Shown: positions 45,595 to 61,054 of the stretch, one piece after another
Position numbering within the stretch: position 1 is the stretch's first letter
Layout: every line of letters begins with the position of its first letter
Origin: Eledone cirrhosa
Taxonomy: Eukaryota
Direction: 5' to 3'
Assembly: GCA_964016885.1 (NCBI GenBank)
Contig: OZ024741.1
Span: forward strand, 141,422,001-141,486,000
Length of the DNA: 64,000 nucleotides
Translations under genes and position numbers: made by a program
Notes under the pieces: model-generated
Databases searched by the model: none
Told to the model about the DNA's origin: nothing
The model's input: the letters and a program-made list of their open reading frames with translations, nothing else

Positions 45595-45939
45595 ATACAT
45601 ATGTTTATATATATATATATATGCATGTATATGTGTGTGTGTGTGTATGCACGTTTGTGTATTTGTATGTATGGATATGTTGATATTTATGTGTGTATGT
45701 ATGTGTATATGTATGTGTATGTATATATATACACATATATATGTGTGTGTGTATGTGTGTGTGTATGTATGTGTGTATGTATATATATATATATATGTGT
45801 GTATGTATATAATTGTGTGTGTTCGTGTGTTTGCATGTGTGTTTTTATTTTTCCTTTCCTTCTTCCTTTTCCAGCCTCACTTTCATATAGATTATATTTT
45901 TGTTTTTAAAATCCAACGCCAATAAACACACCAGGATTT

Positions 45940-46001
45940 TTTCATTCTGATGATTGAAAGCAAAATTTGTTTAGCGTTTAAGAAACCACTGGTAAATGAA
46001 A
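45940..46001 (+). ncRNA. Type I hammerhead ribozyme
   Basis: tttcatt CTGATGA ttgaaagc..gcgtttaa GAAA ccactgg TA aatgaaa. Confidence 0.8.
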
Positions 46002-46097
46002 TAATTGCCTTATGTTGTTTATTACATAACTATTAAGCTCTGTTACCTACATAAATCACTCTTTTTTCCTGGACTTTTCCGAAGGAATTACTTCATT

Positions 46098-46185
<88 letters not shown>

Positions 46186-46489
46186 ATGTTATATATCCAA
46201 TGTTGGCTGAGCACTCAGCCCGGAGGATGAATTGCAATATACAAAATTTGGTTAAATTCCCATTTTTATCTTTTTAATACACGCGTTTCGCTGGGGAAAT
46301 TGTTATTTCCGCAGCTCGTCAGTATAGCATCTTTGTTGTGGAGGTTGTAATTCAAGTTCTTAAGCTTTGATCTATTAATCAAAGGTTTACAGATTTAGAA
46401 TATTTTTATCATTTCTATCTACATTATATTTCTATCAATTTGGTCCCCGATCGCCATCAGGTTTAATCGAATCCACGGCGTCTTTGAAA

Positions 46490-46757
46490 ATGTGCATTGC
46501 TTATTGGGTTAGAGTGTTCGGCTCACAGTCGTAAGGTCGTGAATTTGATACATTGTATTCTTGAACAAAACACTTCGTTTCACGTTGGTACAGTCCACTC
46601 AGCTAGAAAACATGAGTTGTAGCTGTTATTCAAAGGATCAACCTTGTAGCACACTCGGTCAAGCTGAATCTCCCTGAGAACTCCGTTACGTTTCGCGAGC
46701 AGGCAGTTCCGTCGGTCAAATAACTGGGATACTCATTGTCAGAACCAACAGAGGTTG
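46490..46757 (+). mobile_element. SINE family 2 copy
   Basis: ttcggctcac..gtaaggtcgtg..cagtccactcagct..gctgaatctccctgagaact. Confidence 0.7.
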
Positions 46758-47260
46758 AACACACACACAATGTAATTCTGTAAATATTGATACGTTTTTG
46801 AAGCATTGGGGGAATGTTTAATATGTTTACTTTTTGAGAAGCTGCCACAATGTAGATGAACAATAATAGGTAATATACTACCGGAGGGAGGATAATGTAG
46901 ACATCTTGTTGATCTTTGACGTCTTTTCAAGAATCAAATTTTTTTTTCATAACTTTCTGAATTAATTAGTAATATTTCTCTCCTTCACAGCTGCAAGTCT
47001 AAAGTTCTGAAACCTCCTGAAAGTTTATGAAATTTATGTAAGTATATTTTTGTTGAAAAATATTAAGGTTGTATTTTTTTAAATGCTTAGATATTTTCAT
47101 TCACGTAATGTAGTAATCAAAGCAGGGAATTGAATGAGACTTTAGAATATCTAATAGAATGGTTTGTAGTGGGTCGTCCCAGTTCCAATCTCGTCGAGGC
47201 CAAATTTGGTTCTCATCTTTTCGAGGACAACAAAAAAGGGTACGGTCCAATACTAGTGTC

Positions 47261-47340
<80 letters not shown>

Positions 47341-47499
47341 TCTCTCTCTCTCTATCTCTATCTCTCTCGCATCTGCGAGACAAACCACAATCCCTTCATC
47401 TCATTTTTTTCTTTTGAAAAGCATAAAAACTGAAACCGGTAAAGAAAATAAAAAAATAATCTTACAGACTCCTCTTGTATTTTCGATTTCTTTTTGTTT

Positions 47500-47622
<123 letters not shown>

Positions 47623-47681
47623 GTGTGTGTATGTGTGTGTCTATATATATATATATGTGTGTGTCTATATATATATATGTG

Positions 47682-47712
<31 letters not shown>

Positions 47713-47749
47713 GCATAGATATATGTATATATATGTATATATGTATATG

Positions 47750-47826
<77 letters not shown>

Positions 47827-47847
47827 ATATATATATGTTTATATATG

Positions 47848-48188
<341 letters not shown>

Positions 48189-48193
48189 TATAC

Positions 48194-48267
<74 letters not shown>

Positions 48268-48283
48268 GTATATATATACATAT

Positions 48284-48975
48284 TAGAGCAAACATCACGG
48301 GCGCTCTATCTCAAAATTATTTTTGAAGAGCATTAGAAATGCGCAACTGGTAAAACTTAAAACCAAAACTGAATACTAACCAATGTTATTACTAATTTTT
48401 ACTTATTCCTAATTAAACTATTTTTCACTGGGAACAATTTGACAGAATTTTCTTTTCCTTTTACCAATATATATATATATATATACAGATGTGAGAAAAA
48501 CCACAGACGCTCCATCTCAACTCTACTTTTAAAAAGCGGAAAACTGCGAAACCGGTAGAGGAACCAAATAAATATATATATTTTTTTTAAAATAAGACTC
48601 CAGTTGCATTTTCGATTTCATCTTTTTTTCTTTATACTTTCACTCGTGTAGGACACCTCGGTTATTTTTCATTTTGTAAAAAAAACCTCACTTTCTAATA
48701 TATATATATATATATTGGTAAACGGAATAGAAAATGGTGACAAATCAGAGCAAACAACACGGACACTATATCTCAAAATTATTTTTGAAAAGCATTTAGA
48801 AATGCGCAGCCGGTAAAGACTTAAAAACTTAAAACCACAACTGAATACTAACCCATACAATTACTAATACTCTTTTATTCCTAATTAAACTATTTTTCCA
48901 CTGTGAACAATTTGTCAGCATTTTCTATTCCGTTTACCAATATATAATAACTTGTGTGTTACACCTCTATTCTTT

Positions 48976-48980
<5 letters not shown>
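48284..48980 (+). mobile_element. Cluster of three short TA-separated elements; 48716-48980 has 30-bp inverted arms plus a tail
   Basis: 48284-48470 resembles 48747-48940; ttggtaaacggaatagaaaatg / cattttctattccgtttaccaa. Confidence 0.65.
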
Positions 48981-49050
<70 letters not shown>

Positions 49051-49051
49051 G

Positions 49052-49163
<112 letters not shown>

Positions 49164-49227
49164 TGTATATATATATGTATATATATATATATACGTATAT
49201 ATGTATATATATATGTATATATATATA

Positions 49228-52200
49228 TAGTAGAATAATCAAGTATCGAAAAATCGGCGCACGAGTTCACGATAAACAAAATTCGAGATGAGCGGCAGAG
49301 GGCTCCATAATTCAAATAAATCAGAGCTATAACTATCGTTAAAATACCGTCACACGTAGAATATGTCTACAATCAACCAAAACGACCGAAAAATTGCGAT
49401 ATGGAAGATTCGGGACACTCAGATAAATTATCAATAAATCAATAAATCAAATGAATGTAAAAAACATACCCGGACCCACTAGAGAGATGGTATATCTAGC
49501 TTCTTGGGTTTCTGTAAATCCTTAAACCGTCCTCTATCAGCTCACATAAAAATATAAGACTTACAGACGACGGGGGACTGGAGTTACTTCTTCAACGAGC
49601 TTTAGTCCGAACGAATGAAAAGACAAAAACCCAGGCTGAAAATACGCAGATGGATTTCAGCAAGGGAGATAACATTTATATCCGCAAAAAAGATTCGGGA
49701 AAATGTGGAATAACACATATCGAATAAGATTGCTCAATAGACATGTTGAAATAAACAGGAGCTATTCATCATTCAATAGAATCGACAAAAAATGAACAAT
49801 AAAATTAACTGGTCAATAGCTAGGTCTAGAGCTAAATATAGTAGAATAATCGAGTATCGAAAAATCGGCGCACGAGTTCACGATAAACGAAATTCGAGAT
49901 GAGCGGCAGAGGGCTCCATAATTTAAATAAATCAGAGCTATAACTATCGTTAAAATACCGTCACTCGTAGAATATGTCTACAATCAAACAAACCGACCGA
50001 AAAATTGCGATATGGAAGATTCGGGACACTCAGATAAATTATCAATAAATCAAATGAATGTAAAAAGCATACCCGGACCCACTAGAGAGATGGTATATCT
50101 ATCTTCTTGGGTTTCTGTAAATCCTTAAACCGTCCTCTATCAGCTCACATAAAAATATAAGACTTACAGACGACGGGGGACTGGAGCTACTTCTTCAACG
50201 AGCTTTAGTCCGAACGAATGAAAAGACAAAAACCCAGGGTGAAAATACGCACATGGATTTCAGCAAGGGAGATAACCTTTATATCCGCAAAAAATATTCG
50301 GGAAAATGTGGAATAACACATATCGAATAAGATTGCTCAATAGACATGTTAAAATAAACAGGAGCTATTCATCATTCAATAGAATCGACAAAAAATGAAC
50401 AATAAAATTAACTGGTCAATAGCTAGGTCTAGAGCTAAATATAGTAGAATAATCGAGTATCGAAAAATCGGAGCACGAGTTCACGATAAACGAAATTCGA
50501 GATGAGCGGCAGAGGGCTCCATAATTTAAATAAATCAGAGCTATAACTATCGTTAAAATACCGTCACTCGTAGAATGTCTACAATCAACCAAAACGACCG
50601 AAAAATTGCGATATGGAAGTTTCGGGACACTCAGATAAATTATCAATAAATCAATAAATCAAACGAATGTAAAAAGCATACCCGGACCCACTAGAGAGAT
50701 GGTATATCTAGCTTCTTGGGTTTCTGTAAATCCTTAAACCGTCCTCTATCAGCTCACATAAAAATATAAGACTTACAGACGACGGGGGACTGGAGTTACT
50801 TCTTCAACGAGCTTTAGTCCGAACGAATGAAAAGACAAAAACCCAGGCTGAAAATACGCACATGGATTTCAGCAAGGGAGATAACCTCTATATCCGCAAA
50901 AAATATTCGGGAAAATGTGGAATAACACATATCGAATAAGAGTGCTCAATAGACATGTTAAAATAAACAGGAGCTATTCATCATTCAATAGAATCGACAA
51001 AAAATGAACAATAAAATTAACTGGTCAATAGCTAGGTCTAGAGCTAAATATAGTAGAATAATCGAGTATAGAAAAATCGGCGCACGAGTTCACGATAAAC
51101 AAAATTCGAGATGAGCGGCAGAGGGCTCCATAATTTAAATAAATCAGAGCTATAACTATCGTTAAAATACCGTCACACGTAGAATATGTCTACAATCAAA
51201 CAAAACGACCGAAAAATTGCGATATGGAAGATTCGGGACACTCAGATAAATTATCAATAAATCAATAAATCAAATGAATGTAAAAAGCATACCCGGACCC
51301 ACTAGAGAGATGGTATATCTATCTTCTTGGGTTTCTGTAAATCCTTAAACCGTCCTCTATCAGCTCACATAAAAATATAAGACTTACAGACGACGGGGGA
51401 CTGGAGTTACTTCTTCAACGAGCCTTAGTCCGAACGAATGAAAAGACAAAAACCCAGGCTGAAAATACGCACATGGATTTCAGCAAGGGAGATAACCATT
51501 ATATCCGCAAAAAATATTTGGGAAAATGTGGAATAACACATATCGAATAAGAGTGCTCAATAGACATGTTAAAATAAACAGGAGCTATTCATCATTCAAT
51601 AGAATCGACAAAAAATGAACAATAAAATTAACTGGTCAATAGCTAGGTCTAGAGCTAAATATAGTAGAATAATCGAGTATCGTAAAATCGGAGCACGAGT
51701 TCACGATAAACAAAATTCGAGATGAGCGGCAGAGGGCACCATAATTTAAATAAATCAGAGCTATAACTATCGTTAAAATACCGTCACACGTAGAATATGT
51801 CTACAATCAACCAAAACGACCGAAAAATTGCGATATGGAAGTTTCGGGACACTCAGATAAATTATCAATAAATCAATAAATCAAATGAATGTAAAAAGCA
51901 TACCCGGACCCACTAGAGAGATGGTATATCTATCTTCTTGGGTTTCTGTAAATCCTTAAACCGTCCTCTATCAGCTCACATAAAAATATAAGACTTACAG
52001 ACGACGGGGGACTGGAGTTACTTCTTCAACGAGCTTTAGTCCGAACGAATGAAAAGACAAAAACCCAGGCTGAAAATACGCACATGGATTTCAGCAAGGG
52101 AGATAACCTTTATATCCGCAAAAAATTTTCGGGAAAATGTGGAATAACACATATCGAATAAGAGTGCTCAATAGACATGTTAAAATAAACAGGAGCTATT

Positions 52201-52966
52201 CATCATTCAATAGAATCGACAAAAAATGAACAATAAAATTAACTGGTCAATAGCTAGGTCTAGAGCTAAATATAGTAGAATAATCGAGTATCGAAAAATC
52301 GGCGCACGAGTTCACGATAAACAAAATTCGAGATGAGCGGCAGAGGGCTCCATAATTTAAATAAATCAGAGCTATAACTATCGTTAAAATACCGTCACTC
52401 GTAGAATATGTCTACAATCAACCAAAACGACCGAAAAATTGCGATATGGAAGTTTCGGGACACCCAGATAAATTATCAATAAATCAATAAATCAAATGAA
52501 TGTAAAAAGCATACCCGGACCCACTAGAGAGATGGTATATCTAGCTTCTTGGGTTTCTGTAAATCCTTAAACCGTCCTCTATCAGCTCACATAAAAATAT
52601 AAGACTTACAGACGACGGGGGACTGGAGTTACTTCTTCAACGAGCTTTAGTCCGAACGAATGAAAAGACCAAAACCCAGGCTGAAAATACGCACATGGTT
52701 TTCTGCAAGGGAGATAACCTCTATATCCGCAAAAAATATTCGGGAAAATGTGGAATAACACATATCGAATAAGAGTGCTCAATAGACATGTTAAAATAAA
52801 CAGGAGCTATTCATCATTTAATAGAATCGACAAAAAATGAACAATAAAATTAACTGGTCAATAGCTAGGTCTAAATATAGTAGAATAATCGAGTATCGAA
52901 AAATCGGCGCACGAGTTCACGATAAACAAAATTCGAGATGAGCGGCAGAGGGCTCCATAATTCAAA
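49228..52966 (-). repeat. Tandem array of about 610-bp units (6 full + 1 partial), each with a hammerhead-like motif; retrozyme-like
   Basis: tagaataatc recurs at 49231, 49842, 50445, 51054, 51665, 52276 and 52881; (TA)n on both flanks. Confidence 0.92.
49468..49600 (-). ncRNA. Variant type I hammerhead (UUGAAGA core), repeated in each unit
   Basis: gctcg TTGAAGA a-gtaactcc..ccgtc...gacgg..ggatttac-a GAAA ccca...tggg TC cgggt. Confidence 0.62.
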
Positions 52967-52968
52967 TA

Positions 52969-53013
<45 letters not shown>

Positions 53014-53037
53014 GTATATATATATGTATATATATAT

Positions 53038-53990
53038 GGAATAGAATGAAACGAAATTTCATTTCTCACTCTTACTATGGCACTTACTTAAATGTAAGTA
53101 TGTATGTATACGTACATACATATATGTATACATACGTACAGTAGTATGTATATATATACACACATGCACACATATATATATATGCACGTATCGGTTTACC
53201 GAACATTTATTATAATGCTCGGTCTGTTTGTTTGTAAACAAACAAACAGCCCGAATTACGCCGTACAGTGTTTAGGCAACCACGTCACCTTTTTTGTTCA
53301 AGACTGACACAGGAACGATGTACTAGTTTCAAGCTTATTAGCTATCGTCAGCATCGTATACCTTCCTGCCAGATGGTTGAATGTCTGAAAGTATATACTT
53401 TCCCGATGCATATTAACGGCTGAGCAGCCTAATTTGCATATCGAGTGAGTTCAGTCGGCCGGGCACAACGAAAACGATAAATGGAAAAGAATGAAACGAA
53501 ATTTCATTTCTCACTCATAGTACGGCACTTACTTAAATGTAAGTATGTATGTATACGTACATACATATATGTATACAGACGTACAGTAGTATGTATATAT
53601 ATACACACATGCAAAACATATATATATGCACGTATCGGTTTACCGAACATTTATTATAATGCTCGGTTTGTTTGTTTGTAAACAAACAAACAGTTCAATC
53701 GGCCGGGCACACCGTTAATATGCTTAAGGAAGGTATACGATGCTGACGATAGCTAATAAACTTAAAACTAGTACATCGTCCCTGTGTCAGTGTTGAACAA
53801 AAGGTGACGTGGTTGCCTAAACACTCTACGGCGTAATTCGGGCTGTTTGTTTGTTTGTTTACAAACAAACAAACCGAGCATTAGAATAAATGTTCGGTAA
53901 ACCGATACGTGCATATATAGATATATGTGTGCTGTGTGTATATATATACATACTACTGTACGTCTGTATACATATATGTATGTACGTATA
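53038..53990. mobile_element. Non-coding HHR element: partial tandem (about 445-bp period) plus inverted arm
   Basis: 53038-53248 repeats at 53482-53693; about 53727-53990 is the reverse complement of 53107-53367. Confidence 0.8.
53316..53356 (-). ncRNA. Minimal type I hammerhead ribozyme
   Basis: cgatg CTGACGA t-agct aata agct-t GAAA ctag TA catcg. Confidence 0.82.
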
Positions 53991-53991
53991 C

Positions 53992-54022
<31 letters not shown>

Positions 54023-54024
54023 AT

Positions 54025-54632
<608 letters not shown>

Positions 54633-55111
54633 GAGCATTCTTATTCTGATGATGGGGCTGTGAACGTCTTGAAATATTTATAGACAGATGGATTTAGGAA
54701 CGCTATAATGAATAAATATGGAAATCCTTAATGAAAGGATCAAACTTGAGCACAATCGTGTTTTCAATATACTTACACACATACTGACATATACATATAG
54801 CAATACGCATATATATATACGTGTGTGTGTGTAAGTATTTGTGTGCAGATGCTTGTGTATTTATTATTAATATCAGTACTGAAACTTGTACACAGAGAGA
54901 GAGACAAACAGAGAACGGGGGTAATATATCTTGAGAAAAATTAAGATAACATGAAGTAGAAGTAATAAGAAATAATATCTAAGATGGAGAAAAGAAAGAT
55001 AGTGTAAGACTTTAGCAACTTCAAAGTTATCGTATAAAAACTTATTCTCAAGGAAAATGCGTGTTTCGTGTGATAATTTCAGATATGGATGTAAATATAT
55101 GTGAGAAAATT

Positions 55112-55231
<120 letters not shown>

Positions 55232-55261
55232 GTTAAATATGTGATTCATGATATGTGTGTG

Positions 55262-55313
<52 letters not shown>

Positions 55314-55530
55314 TGTGTGAGTAATAGCAGCTCGTATATCACAAAATATACGCTAGCAAGCAGACACGACTATGAAAGATATTTTGTTGTACACAAGCAT
55401 ATCAATGGAGTCTTTATATTCATTTGTATTCAATGGAGCCAGCACAGCACATTTATTCTGATAAACAAAATAACTCACAGCGACCTACCTTATTTCAGCT
55501 CCTACAAAAAGAGTTGAATAATTTACATAC

Positions 55531-55705
55531 AGGTGCAGGCATGACTTTAGTGGTTAAAGAGTTTTACTTCATAACTAAGTGGTTCTGGGTTCAATCTCAC
55601 AGTGTTGTAACTTGAGCAAGTGTCTTCTACTGTAGCCTCGTGTTAACCTGTTTCTTGTGTGTGGAATTAGGGAGACGGAATGTTCAGAGGTACGAAGACC
55701 GTCGA
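55531..55705 (+). mobile_element. tRNA-like SINE family 3
   Basis: ggtgcaggcatgactttagtggttaa..gggttcaatctc..cttgagcaagtgtcttctactgtagcctcg. Confidence 0.65.
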
Positions 55706-55915
55706 TTGCCCTAACACATAAACAAACTACTCAGAAAATATTGCTAAACTCACCGTTGACCTACAATCATAATTCCCTTAAACTACCCATAGACACGTAC
55801 CAACCACCGGTACAGAGCTGAAAGCCATTATAAAGCAGCAGCCGTCATATTGCGTATTGTCTGTATAATAAAACTATTATTACTATCTAATGTATGTATA
55901 AATGTGTGTGTGTGT

Positions 55916-56019
<104 letters not shown>

Positions 56020-56307
56020 TTATGTCGCTTAACGCAAGTGTTCGCTAAAAATGAAACCGATAAAATAAGTAAAATTCTTTAAAAATTAAATACTGGTGTA
56101 GATATGATCGATTAAATAAAGATTATGCTCCATCATGGCCACAGTCTAATAAGTGAAACCAGTAAATAATCAAGGAGTGTGAGAACAATACACTAAAATG
56201 TATTACAACATGAATTGGATGTCCATTCATTAGATTAGAAACGTATACGAAACACATAGAATAGATTTAGATAACCTACTTCCAAATAACAATTTAAATA
56301 CTAATTA

Positions 56308-56487
56308 ATTGTTTCTACTATTGGCACAAGGCCAGCAATTACCCAGTACATTACTGGTACTTTATTTTATCGACCCCGTAAGGATGAAAGGCAAAGTTAA
56401 TCTTGGCGGGATTTGAAATCAGAATGGCAAGGGCCATAACTATGCGTCAAATCATGGCGTCCGATCCTCTACCGATACTGCCAATCC
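56308..56487 (-). mobile_element. tRNA-derived SINE family 1
   Basis: Reverse complement of the 63369-63565 consensus. Confidence 0.8.
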
Positions 56488-56811
56488 TACTAATTAATAA
56501 CTAATAGAGAGGAATGAGCTCACTCGAGCTTAAAATATCCAAGAATGGCCGTGTATCACGACGGCGCCCCTACGTCTTCATAAGGAGTTACAGAACTTAT
56601 ACCATACCAATACAGATTCTATTGAAATAATTAGGTACTCTGCAATATAATCTTATATTTTTGAAAACATTTCTTTGCTGTATCTGCTTGCTAAAATATA
56701 TTTTGTATTAAGATTTCAACGATATATGTTGTTCATCATATCTAACATATATCGAAAACGCAGATGTTTTTTTTTTTCGAAATTGTGTTTTAAAAACACA
56801 TATACACACAT

Positions 56812-56865
<54 letters not shown>

Positions 56866-56867
<2 letters not shown>

Positions 56868-57325
56868 AACATTTCGCTCTACATGGCTGAATACAATAAA
56901 TGTAATCTGAGTTTTTCGAATATTAATAACATTCGATTCGTTTGCAATTTTGCGAACAAGCCTAAATTTTATAGCCATGTCAGTAGAATGAACACTTCAT
57001 TCTTGCTCTTGTGTTGGCATGCGAACAGAACTGCAGACACTAATGTTTCTGGGTATCACCCTTCATTAGTACAGTATTTTTGACAATAGCATATATTTTC
57101 ACTAGCTCTGACAGATTGGCAGGTGAACAGTGAGCTGTACTGATGAAGGGTGATACCCAGAAACATTAGTGTCTGCAGTTCTGTTCGCATGCCAACACAA
57201 GAGCAAGAATGAAGGGTTCATTCTACTGACATGGCTATAAAACTGAGGCTTGGTTGCAAAATTGCAATCGAATCGAATGTTATTATTGATATTCGAAAAA
57301 CTCAGATTAAGATTAGATTTATTAT
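56866..57325. mobile_element. Fold-back element with HHR and left tail
   Basis: Arms about 56903-57075 / 57135-57310; TA flanks. Confidence 0.82.
57132..57181 (+). ncRNA. Type I hammerhead ribozyme, GUC cleavage site
   Basis: gagctgta CTGATGA a-gggt gat accc-a GAAA cattagtg TC tgcagttc. Confidence 0.85.
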
Positions 57326-57456
57326 ATATATATACATATAAGCTGGTGAAACTGCAAGAACTCGGCCATCGGGCTCTGACTCTTTCTAATATAGTCATAC
57401 TCTACTATCCCAAGTATCGAGTTCTCTGTTGAATAACTACTTTTAAACTCGTTCAA

Positions 57457-57501
<45 letters not shown>

Positions 57502-57507
57502 GTATGA

Positions 57508-58218
<711 letters not shown>

Positions 58219-58417
58219 TTATTAAAAAATAAATCAGTGAATAGGAAATAGCAAAGCGTGGACTTACTTCCTAGCCATTGAAAAAATCACTGCCTCTGTG
58301 TCTTATTGTTCTGCAACCCCATGCATTGAACCACAATGTTTTTAAGACAAAACCTATATATTTGCTAGCATCGATATGCATTTGTTTGTATATATATGTT
58401 ACTAGATATAAATTCTT

Positions 58418-58452
<35 letters not shown>

Positions 58453-59129
58453 AATTGGCAGTATCGGTAGAAGGTCGGACGCCATGCTATGTATACATAC
58501 ACACACACACATATATATATATATATACGCACACACATATATATATATATAAACACACACATATATATATATACAGACACACATATATATACGCATATAT
58601 ATATACACGCACATATATATATATACGTATATACACACACACATATATATATATATATATACACACATATATATGTGTGTGTGCGTGTGTGTTTGTCTGT
58701 TTTGCTCTTATATAACTCATTTGCACGGGTTAAGTAAATAGTGGCTACATCTGATTAAACTCAACGAACCTGTACTTCATAAGACGTGGGATGGTGAATG
58801 GTGAGGTGTGAGGTGGGGTAGAATGGAGCATGGAAGCTATCTATTTTCAGGTAGGCTGACTAACAACTCAGACATTAATGGCAAAAATAACGTACAATAC
58901 CATTAACTGAAAATAGAAACCTCGACGTAGTTGGCGCAGCAGACATATCGTTTGCTCTTCAGTGTACAGCAAAGATAAATGAATAACTAAATTGATTTCT
59001 GAATACATCTTAGCTGAATGTATTAACACATATCTAATCTGAGAATGTAAGATGGTGTATCTGCTTCATTGATCAATCATCAGTTTCATACGTGCCATAG
59101 TAGTGTGAAGACCTGCAGGATTTATTTAA

Positions 59130-59420
59130 TAGCTGTGCCCGGCTCACGATTGTAAGGTTATGAGTTCGCTTGAGCAAAATACTTTCTTTCCCGTTGCTCC
59201 AGTCGAACCAATAGGAAACATTCATCTGTTGCCTGCATATCAAAGGAACTGCTTTGTTACATTCTGAAAAATGGTGCACCTCTCTGAGGGCTACTTTAAT
59301 GGTGAATATATCTCTGTGTCTGTGAAATACTTAGCCATTTGCATGTAAATTTAACAAGCAGGTTGTAGCGTTAATCAAACAACTAGAACACTCCGCCTCG
59401 AAGCCGTCGGAAGTCCAAAA
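59130..59420 (+). mobile_element. Degenerate SINE family 2 copy
   Basis: cggctcacgattgtaaggttatgagttcg..cgttgctccagtc. Confidence 0.6.
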
Positions 59421-59720
59421 GCACTAAAAATATGCCACAGTATGTTGGAGAGATATGTTTTTAAAATTAGCTTATTATAGCGCTGTGTGTGTGGGGGGGG
59501 TGTATGTGTGTGTTGGATCGTGTGCTTCAGTTGTTCGTACAACTGAACAATTTGATTGTGTAAGCTAGTTTTATTGTTACAATCTAAAGAAAATTGTACA
59601 GCCACATACCTACTGATATCCACAATTCGCATTACATATTTAAAGCTCAATAGGCTTGGCAATACAATGGTAAATCTATGGACCATTGACTGAGTAGTCG
59701 CTATTTTCTAGTAGTACAGA

Positions 59721-59760
<40 letters not shown>

Positions 59761-59902
59761 TGGAAATTAACATGCGAGAGGTACCGGGATCGATGCGCGG
59801 ATTCTCCATGTGTCAAAGTTTCAATTATATATATATATACTATCACAGAAATACAGTGCTAAGTCTATGAACCATTGACTAAGAAGTCGCTGTTTACTGC
59901 TA

Positions 59903-59984
<82 letters not shown>

Positions 59985-60439
59985 CCACACCATTCAGAAT
60001 TCTTCGTATCAATATTGATATAGTATGAAAAATACTAAAACACATTATTGATATCGTTCTTTACGGATCAGTGGATATCGTTCCAGAAACTTTGAAATGT
60101 TTATCAAGTAAATACCCTACGTGACAGTCCACAGTAGTGAAATATTTATTTAATATTAACCAAGTAATCAGGAGGATCCGTGAAAGTGCGTTATGGTCTG
60201 CGTTGTTAAACATTAGTGAGGCTAGACAGTTCAACGGTGGGATATTTTCTTTTGTGTTTGTAGTGTGTAAATAGGAAATGTGAACATGGGGAGTTAGCAA
60301 AGTCGTTAGAACGTTAAACAGAAGGATTCGCAATATTCGTTCCAGTTCCGTACAATCTGAATTAAAACCTCGTCGATGTCAACATTTCATTTCATCCTTA
60401 CCAGCTCGATAATTAAAGTACCAGTTCAGTATTTGGGTC

Positions 60440-60522
<83 letters not shown>

Positions 60523-60848
60523 TGCTATGTTCAGACCCAGAAAGGTTAGCCCCCGATAGATGTAAATATCCAAGAGACGTCTCTTCGATTTCCTAGGGAG
60601 TTAAAGGCCCATGGTTGGAAGAGAAATGGTGAAACGTTTCTGATAGAACCCATCGTCCAGGAGTGACATTTTGTAATTGGCCTATTAATGACGAGAAACG
60701 AAAATAGGGAAATATAAGGAAGGTGTGTCCGACAGCGGTCAGAAAATCAAAGTAATACACTATAGCGAATTGGTCAATTCAAGGAAAAGCAAGATGTTTA
60801 GGTCAGGATAATGGAAGAAGAAATATTTTATAAATATATGTGTGTGTG

Positions 60849-60992
<144 letters not shown>

Positions 60993-61002
60993 CGTGTGTG
61001 CG

Positions 61003-61035
<33 letters not shown>

Positions 61036-61054
61036 TAGTGTGTGTGGGTGTATA

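Larger units (their letters stand above)
41500..46097 (+). mobile_element. PLE family C-type copy with a long microsatellite-filled 3' UTR ending in an HHR
   Basis: Coding remnant 41500-43196; HHR at 45940. The link between the coding part and this HHR end is inferred. Confidence 0.65.

Noticed and set aside
46277-46325. HHR-like motif on minus (CTGACGA gctg..cagc GAAA cgcg TG)
   Set aside because: The cleavage triplet would be GUG and stem I is weak; probably a decayed copy, so not called as a feature.
49228-52966. CRISPR-like array or protein-coding repeat
   Set aside because: There are no unique spacers and no sustained ORF. An NNKINWS peptide faintly resembles GIY-YIG text but is too short to support a call.
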